Shown: positions 24,609 through 32,000 of the stretch, in pieces
How positions within the stretch are numbered: position 1 is the first letter of the stretch
Layout of the letters: every line of letters starts with the position of its first letter
Assembly (NCBI GenBank): GCA_021650915.1
Contig: CP091279.1
Span: forward strand, 270,001-302,000
DNA length: 32,000 nucleotides
Source: Candidatus Brocadia sp.
Lineage (GTDB): Bacteria; Planctomycetota; Brocadiia; Brocadiales; Brocadiaceae
Direction of reading: 5' to 3'
The notes under the pieces: model-generated
The model's input: only the letters and a program-made list of their open reading frames with translations
What the model was told of the DNA's origin: nothing
The model's database searches: none
Position numbers and translations under genes: made by a program

Positions 24609-26024
24609 TCAGATATTTTTCTCCGCACTTACAGGCTTTTTCTCGGTGAGCTTCTTTGTCTCCTCATCAATAGAAGTTGGATAGTCGCTGGTAAAGCAGG
24701 CATTACAGAAGTGCTGCCGAGGTTGTGTCGTACAACTCATCATACCATTTACGCTGAGATAACTAAGGCTTTCAACATGTAAAAATTGCCGAATTTCTTC
24801 CACGGTATGACTCGCGGCAATAAGTTCACCCTTCTGCTGGAAGTCGATTCCATAATAACAGGGATAGCGATGAGGAGGGCAGCTTATTCTGACATGGATC
24901 TCTTTTGCACCGGCTTTTCGCAATAAACTAAACCGCGATTTCGATGTGGTTCCTCTTACAATGGAATCATCGATCACAATAACCCGTTTTCCTTCCACGG
25001 TCTCTTTTAGCGCATTGAGCTTAAGCTCAACGACACGATGCCGTCGGTCCTGCTCGGGTAAAATGAACGTTCTGCCCACATAATGGTTGCGGATAAATCC
25101 CCTGTCAAACGGTATCCCTGATGCGTGAGAATACCCGATTGCCGCAGAGTTTCCGCCCTCCGGGACGGAGATGACTACATCGGCATCCACGGGCGATTCC
25201 GCGGCAAGTTTTGCCCCCAATTTTTTGCGAAACAGATGCACGCTTTCACCGTAAATTTTGCTATCAGGTCTCGAAAAGTATACCAGTTCAAATATACAAA
25301 AGGCAGGTTTAATATGTTTGGGAGAGCAATAATACTCACTCCTGATTCCTTCTTTGTTTATGTAAACCGCCTCACCCGGATTAATATCGCGAAGGTACTC
25401 GGCGCCCACCTGATCCATAGCGCAGGTTTCAGAAGCCAGGACATAACCGGTGTTCAATCTTCCCAGCGCCAGGGGTCGAAAACCATGCGGATCGCGCACG
25501 CCCACCATTTCGTCTGGAGTCAAAAATAAGAGGGAAAATGAGCCTCGTAATTGCTGCAGGAGAAGAGACAAATTTTTTTGCATCATATGCAAGGGTTTGG
25601 CCATGAGATGAACAATGACTTCCGTATCAGAGGTGGTATGGAATATTGAACCGTTGGCCTCAAATTCTTCGCGCAGTTTTTTTGCGTTCGTCAACTGACC
25701 ATTATGTGCAACGGCGACCTTTCCTTTGTAATAATCGACCACCAGGGGTTGTGCATTTCCAAGGTTGCTGGAGCCAATGGTAGAATAGCGGACATGGCCA
25801 ATAGCAATCGGATTTTTTAAGGACTTCAACGTCTGTGGTTTTATGACATCATTTACCAATCCCATTCCTTTGTGGGAAACAATGTCTTTACCGTCAGTTG
25901 AAGCGATTCCCGCGCTTTCTTCGCCGCGATGTTGTAAAGAATACAAACCGTAATAAACTCTTTCTGCGGCATCCTCGCATCCATAAACTCCAAATAATCC
26001 ACAATATTCCCTTGCTTCTGACAT
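24609..26024 (-). CDS. purF: Amidophosphoribosyltransferase (Fe-S type, with short propeptide)
   Basis: It starts MSEAREY-CGLFGVYG (a catalytic Cys after a 7-residue leader). It also has YGLYSLQHRGEESAGIA, a PRPP-binding VIVIDDSIVRGTT motif and C-terminal Cys ligands (YPCYYGIDF, FCNACFT). The track ORF begins at an upstream TTG (26054). Confidence 0.93.
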   Translation of the reverse strand: MSEAREYCGLFGVYGCEDAAERVYYGLYSLQHRGEESAGIASTDGKDIVSHKGMGLVNDVIKPQTLKSLKNPIAIGHVRYSTIGSSNLGNAQPLVVDYYKGKVAVAHNGQLTNAKKLREEFEANGSIFHTTSDTEVIVHLMAKPLHMMQKNLSLLLQQLRGSFSLLFLTPDEMVGVRDPHGFRPLALGRLNTGYVLASETCAMDQVGAEYLRDINPGEAVYINKEGIRSEYYCSPKHIKPAFCIFELVYFSRPDSKIYGESVHLFRKKLGAKLAAESPVDADVVISVPEGGNSAAIGYSHASGIPFDRGFIRNHYVGRTFILPEQDRRHRVVELKLNALKETVEGKRVIVIDDSIVRGTTSKSRFSLLRKAGAKEIHVRISCPPHRYPCYYGIDFQQKGELIAASHTVEEIRQFLHVESLSYLSVNGMMSCTTQPRQHFCNACFTSDYPTSIDEETKKLTEKKPVSAEKNI

Positions 26025-26507
26025 TTCTCTGTAACCAATCTTTCTAAGGCACAAAAAAGAAGTATTTTATGCTTGTTTGCCGCTTGAAAACCAACCTTGT
26101 TTTTAATCAGGGGAAAAATTACAATAATATGTCAATCGTCTTTTCAATAAAATATAAAGATTAAGGTGGGACGAAGAGGTGTTTTCCCATAGGTATCTCC
26201 ATGCTTTTCCACCATGAAAACATGCAGGAAAAATACGCATGCCTATGTTACCCAAAGATAGTTTTTTATGCGAAGATTCATACCGGCTTGTTGGATAATG
26301 CACATTGGAAGGAAAACACCTGTCGCAGCATTGCTGCGGTTACCGATATCTTCCTGAATCCTCTTTAGCAAGGGGATGACAGTAAGGGACGGTAAGATAC
26401 TTGCTCGATAAAAGGTCTTTCAGGAAATACGCTAATGGAGCAAATTATAGCAAACCCTGAATGAGTGTCAATAGATTTATCTTGGAACGTCGGGGAGGGA
26501 AAACAAT

Positions 26508-27146
26508 TTGGAAAACGATTTATTGAAAATTTTTTCAGATGTAAAGCTGTATGTGATTATCAGTTCGGATCTCATTAAAAAACCTTTTGAAGAAGTGCTT
26601 CATGATGTTATTGAGGGTGGTGCAGATGTCATTCAACTGCGAGAAAAAATGATGTCCGACGCCGAATTCCTTACCATTGCTCATAAGGCTCGAAAAGCAA
26701 CCGCACAATCGAAGACGATTTTTATCGTAAACGACCGCGCGGAGATTGCCAGGCAAGCAGATGCAGACGGCTTGCATATAGGACAATCAGACATCGATAT
26801 TAATACCGCGCGTAAAATTCTCGGCTATAACAAGATCATCGGCGTTTCAACGCATCATATCTCTCAGGCCAGGAAGGCGCAGCAATCAGGGGCAAACTAT
26901 GTTGGTGTTGGTCCTGTCTTTCCCACGGCGACAAAGGGCTATGAACCTTCCGTAGGGTTGGATTATTTACAACAGGTAAAAAAGGAAATTACCATCCCAT
27001 TTGTTGCAGTAGGTGGAATTGATCTTAACAATATTCGGGATGTATTGCATGCAGGGGGAAGAATCATTGCCGTCTGCTCTGCAATTATCTGTAGCGAGAA
27101 TATCTCAGAAGCCACACGTTCCTTTAAGGATATACTTTGTGCATAA
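26508..27146 (+). CDS. thiE: Thiamine-phosphate synthase
   Basis: This is a 212-aa protein. It contains GGADVIQLREK, IVNDRAEIA...DGLHIGQSD, GVSTH, ANYVGVGPVFPTATK and VAVGGI. It has a TTG start with GGAGG about 8 nt upstream. Confidence 0.9.
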   Translation: MENDLLKIFSDVKLYVIISSDLIKKPFEEVLHDVIEGGADVIQLREKMMSDAEFLTIAHKARKATAQSKTIFIVNDRAEIARQADADGLHIGQSDIDINTARKILGYNKIIGVSTHHISQARKAQQSGANYVGVGPVFPTATKGYEPSVGLDYLQQVKKEITIPFVAVGGIDLNNIRDVLHAGGRIIAVCSAIICSENISEATRSFKDILCA

Positions 27147-27355
27147 GCACTGTTTGCATTTTATCTTTACACGGTATTTTATTTGCTGATTTACCCGATA
27201 TCGCATAAGTACAAATTATCTAAAAGTAACTGAAAAATAAATTAAGTTATTAATTGGGAAAGTATTAGCTTAAAGTGCTCAGCATGGTCATGGAGGCATT
27301 CCAAAATAATATTTACACAAAAAGTTGGAATATTATACGTTCTGAGGGTAAGGGT

Positions 27356-27913
27356 ATGAGAAAAATTGTGCCAATGATCTCTTTGTGTCTATTTCTTTTG
27401 TCTGTTTTAGGATGCAAGTCCTTTACAAAAAAAAATAATACTATGGACACCAGAAATTCTCCTGCTGAGGAAACCGTGTCGCGTCCAAAGGGGAGCGGTT
27501 ACTTATCCAATGGACCGACGGTAGTTATCAATGCAGGAGAAGAAGGTCAAAAGACGTCCTTTCTTGAGCAATTCGATCAGCTAAGAAAAGACCTGGCGTC
27601 ATCGCTGGGAAAAAATGCGTCGATTGTTAAAGAACTGGAAAGTGAAAAGGCAATAAAACTATCGCTTGAATCAGAACTGGAAGAATTCGGGCGACAGGCA
27701 GAAGTCACACAACAACTGATTATTGAAAATGAGAAAGTATGTAAAAAACTTGAAGAAAGCCAAGCGCCGTACGAAAAGAAGATCAGAGAGTTAACCTTTG
27801 AATTAACAAAGGCTCAGATTGAAGCAACCAAGGCAAAGCAGGAACTTATTCGCCTGAAGATTGAACATCTTGTGGAACGAGACAAACAAAAGTCTGACAT
27901 TTCACAACAATAA
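27356..27913 (+). CDS. Lipoprotein with a C-terminal coiled-coil region
   Basis: I prefer the ATG at 27356 (MRKIVPMISLCLFLLSVLGC-KS), which gives a lipobox-type signal. The C-terminal half is heptad-like and rich in E, K and L (LESELEEFGRQAEV...KAKQELIRLKIEHL). The track ORF starts at 27275. Confidence 0.7.
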   Translation: MRKIVPMISLCLFLLSVLGCKSFTKKNNTMDTRNSPAEETVSRPKGSGYLSNGPTVVINAGEEGQKTSFLEQFDQLRKDLASSLGKNASIVKELESEKAIKLSLESELEEFGRQAEVTQQLIIENEKVCKKLEESQAPYEKKIRELTFELTKAQIEATKAKQELIRLKIEHLVERDKQKSDISQQ

Positions 27914-27937
27914 AAAAAGCAGCACAGGAGTTTTTAT

Positions 27938-28561
27938 ATGAAATATGGATCAAATTTTTTTCTTGGATGTCTCTTTGTGGCCATGGGCTGTTCAAGTGTC
28001 CAGCAACCCTATTCTTCTAGTTTAAATTACAGCAAAACGGACGCATTTAAAGAGACACCGATTCATCGGACATTGCTTTTACCTTTTGAATATGATGTCG
28101 ATCGTGAGGCAATTATAGACGAGGTGACAGAGGCGTTTGCGGTAGAGTTAAGGAAGCTTGGAAGGTTTGAAGTTGTATTGCCCGCGGATGGCAGAGGAAC
28201 AACAGCCATTAATCAGGGGATATGGAGCAGAGGGATGGTTGATGTAGACACCATCCTGGCCTTAAGAAATCAGTATGGGGCAGATGCGATCATATTTGGA
28301 AATATAACTCATTATCGTCCTTATGAACCTATGTTGCTGGGTGTTAAAGTAGGGATGTTTTCCACTGATTCCGGTCTTGTTGTCTGGAGCGCAGATGGTG
28401 TATATGACAGTAATGAAAATGAGGTTGCAGAACAGGTAAAACAATACTTTGAAAGCACGCATCAGAAAAATGCTCTCTACGGATGGAGACTGATTTTGCT
28501 TTCAATGAGGCGCTACTCCCAGTTTGTCGCAAATCAAATTACAAAAACACTCCAACCATAG
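27938..28561 (+). CDS. Lipoprotein, LpoB/CsgG/DUF799-like fold pattern
   Basis: The signal MKYGSNFFLGCLFVAMGC-SS carries a lipobox. The pattern LLLPFEYD...ELRKLGRFEVV...YGADAIIFGNITHY...GLVVWSADG matches periplasmic TolB-N-like lipoproteins. The family assignment is tentative. Confidence 0.65.
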   Translation: MKYGSNFFLGCLFVAMGCSSVQQPYSSSLNYSKTDAFKETPIHRTLLLPFEYDVDREAIIDEVTEAFAVELRKLGRFEVVLPADGRGTTAINQGIWSRGMVDVDTILALRNQYGADAIIFGNITHYRPYEPMLLGVKVGMFSTDSGLVVWSADGVYDSNENEVAEQVKQYFESTHQKNALYGWRLILLSMRRYSQFVANQITKTLQP

Positions 28562-28586
28562 GGAAGCATAAAAGGAATAGAGAAGA

Positions 28587-28645
28587 TAGCCTTACTGCAG
28601 AAGATTTCTTTTTTAAACATTTTTGCAGTAAGGCTATTTTTATTT
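28587..28645 (+). terminator. Intrinsic terminator after the lipoprotein pair (sequence-related to 3301-3356)
   Basis: A 13-bp stem TAGCCTTACTGCA (28587-28599) / TGCAGTAAGGCTA (28624-28636) is followed by TTTTTATTT. Confidence 0.7.
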
Positions 28646-28933
28646 AGACCGATTGAGAAAACCACGCTTTTGTGTCCACCGATACCTCCTTGGCAGATAC
28701 AGATATTTTGGATTAAAAATACCTTTTATACTTCAGGTTGTTATATCTTCAATGGTTTGATAATTTTTCATTTATCACACTTTTCAACGGATGTTCACCC
28801 CAAGCAAACCACGTAAGTATTTAATATATTGGTAGTTAGTGTGGTTTTGTCTGCAATTATGTAGTCACTAATATATTGTTATTATTCAATAATGTGCTTG
28901 AAATGTTGAATAATATAGTATATTATAGTAGAC

Positions 28934-30589
28934 ATGCATATTGTGGAAAACAAATCAAAATCCGGCAAAAAAATCTATCGCTCCATTCTTTTGCGGGAAT
29001 CGTATCGGGAAGGCGGAAAGGTCAGGAAGCGTACCATTGCAAATCTGTCGAACTGCACATCGCGGGAGATAGAAGCGATAAAGCTTGCCCTCAGCCATAA
29101 AGAGGATCTCACTGCATTGGGGGCATTGTCAGGATCGGTGGAACTCCAGGAGGGGATGTCCGTGGGGGCGATCTGGAGTGTGTACCAGGTGGCAAAGGAA
29201 TTAGGGATAGAGGAGGCGTTGGGGAAGGATTTTCAAGGGAGACTGGCGCTGTGGCAGGTAATGGCGCGGGTGATAAATCAGGGGTCAAGACTCTCGGCGG
29301 TGCGGCTGGCGCATGTGCATGCAGCGGGTGATGTGCTGGGTATGAAGCGGGGGTTCGACGAGAATGATCTCTACGATAATTTATCGTGGTTATCGGAGCA
29401 TCAGGCAAAGATAGAGCGAACGTTGTTTGATGCAAGACGGGCAGGCAAGAAGCCGAAGCTGTTTCTGTATGACGTGACGAGCAGTTATCTGGAGGGGGAG
29501 CAGAATCGTTTTGGTGAGTACGGGTATAATCGTGACGGCAAGAAGGGGAAGAAGCAGATCGTGATTGGTATGCTGTGTGATGAATTTGGGGAGCCGGTGT
29601 CCACGGAGGTTTTTCGGGGCAATACCCAGGACCCAAAGACCTTTGAGTCTCAGGTAAAGAAGACGGCAGAACGGTTTGGGTGCACCGGGGTGACCATGGT
29701 AGGTGATCGGGGGATGATCAAGACGATGCAAATCGAATGTTTGCCGGAAGGATTTCATTACATAACGGCGATAACCAAGCCGCAGATCGAGTCGTTGATA
29801 AAACAAGGGATTCTGCAGTTAGGGTTGTTTGAAGAAAAGCTCTGCGAGATAAAGAGTGAGGGGGTTCGGTATATTCTGAGACGCAATCCGATAAGGGCAG
29901 AAGAGATGGCGAAGACGCGCATGTCAAAACTACAGCATATGGGGGACTATATCGATAAGAAGAACAGTTATCTCAAAGAGCATCCGAAGGCATCGATATC
30001 GAAGGCGCTGGAGGCAGCGAAGGAGAAGCTCAAGAAACTGAAGCTGGAGGGATGGGTTCGGATAAAGGACGAGGCCGGAACGCTGAAGATAGAGAGCGAC
30101 GAGGAGGCATTAAAAGAGGAATTGTGTCTGGACGGATGTTATGTAATCAAGACCGATCTGAAGGAGGGCGAGGCGGATACCGATCTGGTGCACGACCGGT
30201 ACAAGGACTTGTCAGAGGTGGAGAAGGTGTTTCGGGGGTGCAAGACGGTGAATCTTGAGGTTCGTCCTGTATACGTGAGGAAAGAAGAGAGTACAAAAGG
30301 GCATGTGTTTGTGGTAATGCTTGCGTACCTGATAATCCGAAGGTTACGTGATGCGTGGAAGAGTTTTGATCTGACGGTAGAGGAAGGACTCAAACAATTG
30401 ACTACCATTTGTTCCGTGGAAGTGAAGGTGAAGGGTCAAAAGGCGCATTGCCAGAAGATACCACGTCCACGGCAACAATCACGTGAATTGTTAGAGGCAT
30501 TGCAGGTAAAGCTGCCGGAGGCATTGCCAAGCCGGAACCTACGGGTAGTCACGAGAAAAAAACTTACCAGGCAACAAATAAGCCAGTAA
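28934..30589 (+). CDS. IS1634-family DDE transposase
   Basis: This is a 551-aa protein. The N-terminal ...SGKKIYRSILLRESYREGGKVRKRTIANLS is typical of IS1634. The DDE candidates are LFLYDVTSSYLEGE, VTMVGDRGM and YKDLSEVEKVFRGCK. Confidence 0.88.
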   Translation: MHIVENKSKSGKKIYRSILLRESYREGGKVRKRTIANLSNCTSREIEAIKLALSHKEDLTALGALSGSVELQEGMSVGAIWSVYQVAKELGIEEALGKDFQGRLALWQVMARVINQGSRLSAVRLAHVHAAGDVLGMKRGFDENDLYDNLSWLSEHQAKIERTLFDARRAGKKPKLFLYDVTSSYLEGEQNRFGEYGYNRDGKKGKKQIVIGMLCDEFGEPVSTEVFRGNTQDPKTFESQVKKTAERFGCTGVTMVGDRGMIKTMQIECLPEGFHYITAITKPQIESLIKQGILQLGLFEEKLCEIKSEGVRYILRRNPIRAEEMAKTRMSKLQHMGDYIDKKNSYLKEHPKASISKALEAAKEKLKKLKLEGWVRIKDEAGTLKIESDEEALKEELCLDGCYVIKTDLKEGEADTDLVHDRYKDLSEVEKVFRGCKTVNLEVRPVYVRKEESTKGHVFVVMLAYLIIRRLRDAWKSFDLTVEEGLKQLTTICSVEVKVKGQKAHCQKIPRPRQQSRELLEALQVKLPEALPSRNLRVVTRKKLTRQQISQ

Positions 30590-30593
30590 AATT

Positions 30594-30620
30594 AAGGCTT
30601 TCGCAGCCTTTTTGTTTTTT
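30594..30620 (+). terminator. Small terminator-like hairpin inside the IS1634 right end
   Basis: AAGGCT-TTCGC-AGCCTT is followed by TTTGTTTTTT, immediately after the transposase stop. Confidence 0.4.
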
Positions 30621-30826
30621 GCCTTGAGGTGAACATCCGTTTCAATATACGGAAAACATTACACACGAGAGAGAAAAAAGTATCTGGAATTTATTAGCTA
30701 TTTTATCAATAAACTGATTGTTTAAAAACCATATATTTCATAGAGATTCCTTAAGTATTTGTTTATTGAACAATTAGATGATTTTCTCTTGCAGTTTTTC
30801 TCTCGTATTTCTTGTCATGCCAAACA

Positions 30827-30842
30827 TGGCATATGTGTTGCT
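30827..30842 (+). promoter_or_regulatory. Sigma-54 (RpoN) -24/-12 promoter candidate
   Basis: TGGCAT-ATGTG-TTGCT has GG (30828-29) and GC (30840-41) at the canonical 12-nt register of TGGCAC-N5-TTGCW. It lies about 55 nt upstream of the ATG at 30898. Confidence 0.45.
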
Positions 30843-30897
30843 CATAGACAATAGCAAGTTGAGGCGAAATCGATGTTTTATCCAGGGGGAATTAATC

Positions 30898-32000
30898 ATG
30901 CCAGATAGGGTTTTAGAACAGTGTCGCGGATATGACTTACTAGAAAACCTGAGTATCAAAAACCGTACGGCAACAAACCACGATGGCCTTCAGGTAAGTG
31001 ATATACGTGCATTAAGATCTGATGCTGAAGATGAAGAGTGGGGTGAAGAAGAAATAATCCCGTTCCTTGATCTATTACAAAAACAGGGAATTGACCCAAA
31101 GGTACAAGCAAGGCATGATTTAAAAAAAGCAAAAGGTTCTGCTTCCACTTCGCATAGAGGAGAATCATTCCAGGAGAACGAAAAAGCGGAATATCCACTT
31201 GAAATACCAGGTACATCCATACAGGGTATACCGTATATGGGCAAAAATTCAGATGCCTCCCCGTCTTCCATCGAAATCTTTAATGATTTTTCAACGGTAA
31301 CGCAGAAAAGCCAGATCGGTGTTGAACAGAATTATTCACGGAATCAAATGGTAAATACCAGTCATCCGGCAACTCTTTTGCTCACATCTTTTAGAGGTTT
31401 AGAAGGTGGCAGCCATGATCCAACTCAAAAGCAGCTGTTGGGAATTACAAAGGTTGATGCAAACACGCGGTTAAATGTTGATAGTTATTTCATCTCTCCG
31501 GGCGGCAACAACAATTTCGCCACATACTCCCTTTTTCCAGGGAATAGACCGAAAGGTGGTGTACAACAAGATGAAGAAGCTTTTATGATAAATGATTCCG
31601 GCATCTTCTCCAAAACAGAGCCGACTTCAGGCAATCTGGCAACCGAAATTACGCGAAAACAAAGTGATACTGGTGAAGGAAGTTTGTTCAAAGATCACCA
31701 TACGCTCCTGAATACGGGGCAAGCCATTTTTGATGCAACACAAGCATCCGGTTTTCCAGGTTCAGATACGAATGAGATCAATGTCAGGGAACTTCCTGCA
31801 CCATTTAGATCACAGTCGCAGCATGTTTCACCAGAAAACACGAACACGCCGTTTGTTCCGGAGGTAAATGTCCTAACCAATATGGCGGAAAAACAGATGA
31901 AGAATGAGGTATCACAAATTAACGGTGATACCGCTCCTCAGCAGAATAGCTATGCTGGCCGGCAAGCAGATAAAGAAGGGGACTTGGCGGGTAACTTTAG
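30898..32000 (+). CDS. Large hypothetical protein, N-terminal 367 codons (continues past the right edge)
   Basis: It is absent from the ORF track because there is no stop in the window. Hand translation is open from the ATG at 30898 (AGGGGG 9 nt upstream) to 32000: MPDRVLEQCRGYDLLENLSIKNRTATNHDGLQVSDIRALRSDAEDEEWGEEEIIPFLDLLQKQG... The product is rich in S, T, N and Q, and I recognise no domain. The minus-strand track ORFs in this region are antisense shadows. Confidence 0.6.
   Translation, partial: MPDRVLEQCRGYDLLENLSIKNRTATNHDGLQVSDIRALRSDAEDEEWGEEEIIPFLDLLQKQGIDPKVQARHDLKKAKGSASTSHRGESFQENEKAEYPLEIPGTSIQGIPYMGKNSDASPSSIEIFNDFSTVTQKSQIGVEQNYSRNQMVNTSHPATLLLTSFRGLEGGSHDPTQKQLLGITKVDANTRLNVDSYFISPGGNNNFATYSLFPGNRPKGGVQQDEEAFMINDSGIFSKTEPTSGNLATEITRKQSDTGEGSLFKDHHTLLNTGQAIFDATQASGFPGSDTNEINVRELPAPFRSQSQHVSPENTNTPFVPEVNVLTNMAEKQMKNEVSQINGDTAPQQNSYAGRQADKEGDLAGNF

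Larger units (their letters stand above)
28786..30641 (+). mobile_element. IS1634-family insertion sequence (1856 bp)
   Basis: The terminal inverted repeats are AACGGATGTTCACCCCAAGCAAA (28786->) and AACGGATGTTCACCTCAAGGCAAA (reverse complement of the end at 30641). It contains a single transposase ORF. I see no convincing target duplication, only TC on both sides. Confidence 0.8.

Noticed and set aside
26230-26330. TPP riboswitch upstream of thiE
   Set aside because: UUGGAUAAUGCACAUUGGAAGGAA resembles the 3' part of the TPP aptamer (CUGGAUAAUGCCAGCG.AGGGAA). However, the invariant CUGAGA element is missing and the spacing to ACCC is wrong. A cmsearch with RF00059 would settle it.
26331-26346. 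Palindrome CGCAGCATTGCTGCG between purF and thiE as a regulator site
   Set aside because: It is a single short palindrome with no second copy or known consensus match. That is too weak to call.
29109-29927. Minus-strand ORFs (175, 138 and 69 aa) inside the IS1634 transposase gene
   Set aside because: They are antisense to a well-supported transposase, and their Pro/Ser/Thr-rich products are typical of shadows of a purine-rich strand.
30774-31880. Five short minus-strand ORFs at the right end
   Set aside because: All are antisense to a single uninterrupted plus-strand frame (30898 to the window end) that has a better start context.
1-32000. CRISPR arrays, tRNA, rRNA, tmRNA
   Set aside because: I saw no regularly spaced short direct repeats. 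No cloverleaf-like or rRNA-like segments appeared in any intergenic region I read. tRNAscan-SE and Infernal would be the definitive check.

Overview
All calls were made by eye from the sequence and the ORF track; no database search was run. The window looks like chromosomal DNA of an anammox-type planctomycete. That is an inference from an octaheme HAO-like cytochrome c, roughly 40% G+C and a heavy IS load, and the organism cannot be verified here. The left 7.7 kb is shaped by mobile DNA. It holds a truncated IS630-family transposase gene at the left edge and two inverted, near-identical copies of a 1.85-kb IS (661-2510 and 5772-7622). Each IS copy has its own 6-bp flanking repeat, and the two copies differ only in a G7 versus G8 run at the junction of the transposase reading frames. 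Between the copies lies a secreted protein with two tandem LamG domains. Its long leader carries a candidate c-di-GMP-I (GEMM-I) riboswitch and an intrinsic terminator. IS copy B splits a small secreted-protein gene that can be rebuilt exactly and has an intact paralogue at 17191-17613. From about 20264 down to 7623, 17 genes run co-directionally on the minus strand: two rubredoxins, an MmgE/PrpD-family protein, phosphosulfolactate synthase (ComA family), DUF2024, DUF488, the HAO-like octaheme cytochrome, two hemerythrin-like proteins, a DsrE-like protein, a ClC/CBS channel with a non-canonical filter, an NDH-2-like flavoprotein, a VOC/glyoxalase protein and a PNPOx-like protein. The HAO gene is bracketed by the DUF488 3' end and a 65-bp relic copy of it, which looks like an insertion scar. 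The right part carries a small protein, flavodoxin and a putative OM beta-barrel (plus strand), a minus-strand purF / radical-SAM-SPASM / cysC set, then thiE, two lipoproteins, an IS1634-family element, and a large partial ORF behind a sigma-54-like promoter. I found no rRNA, tRNA or CRISPR array.
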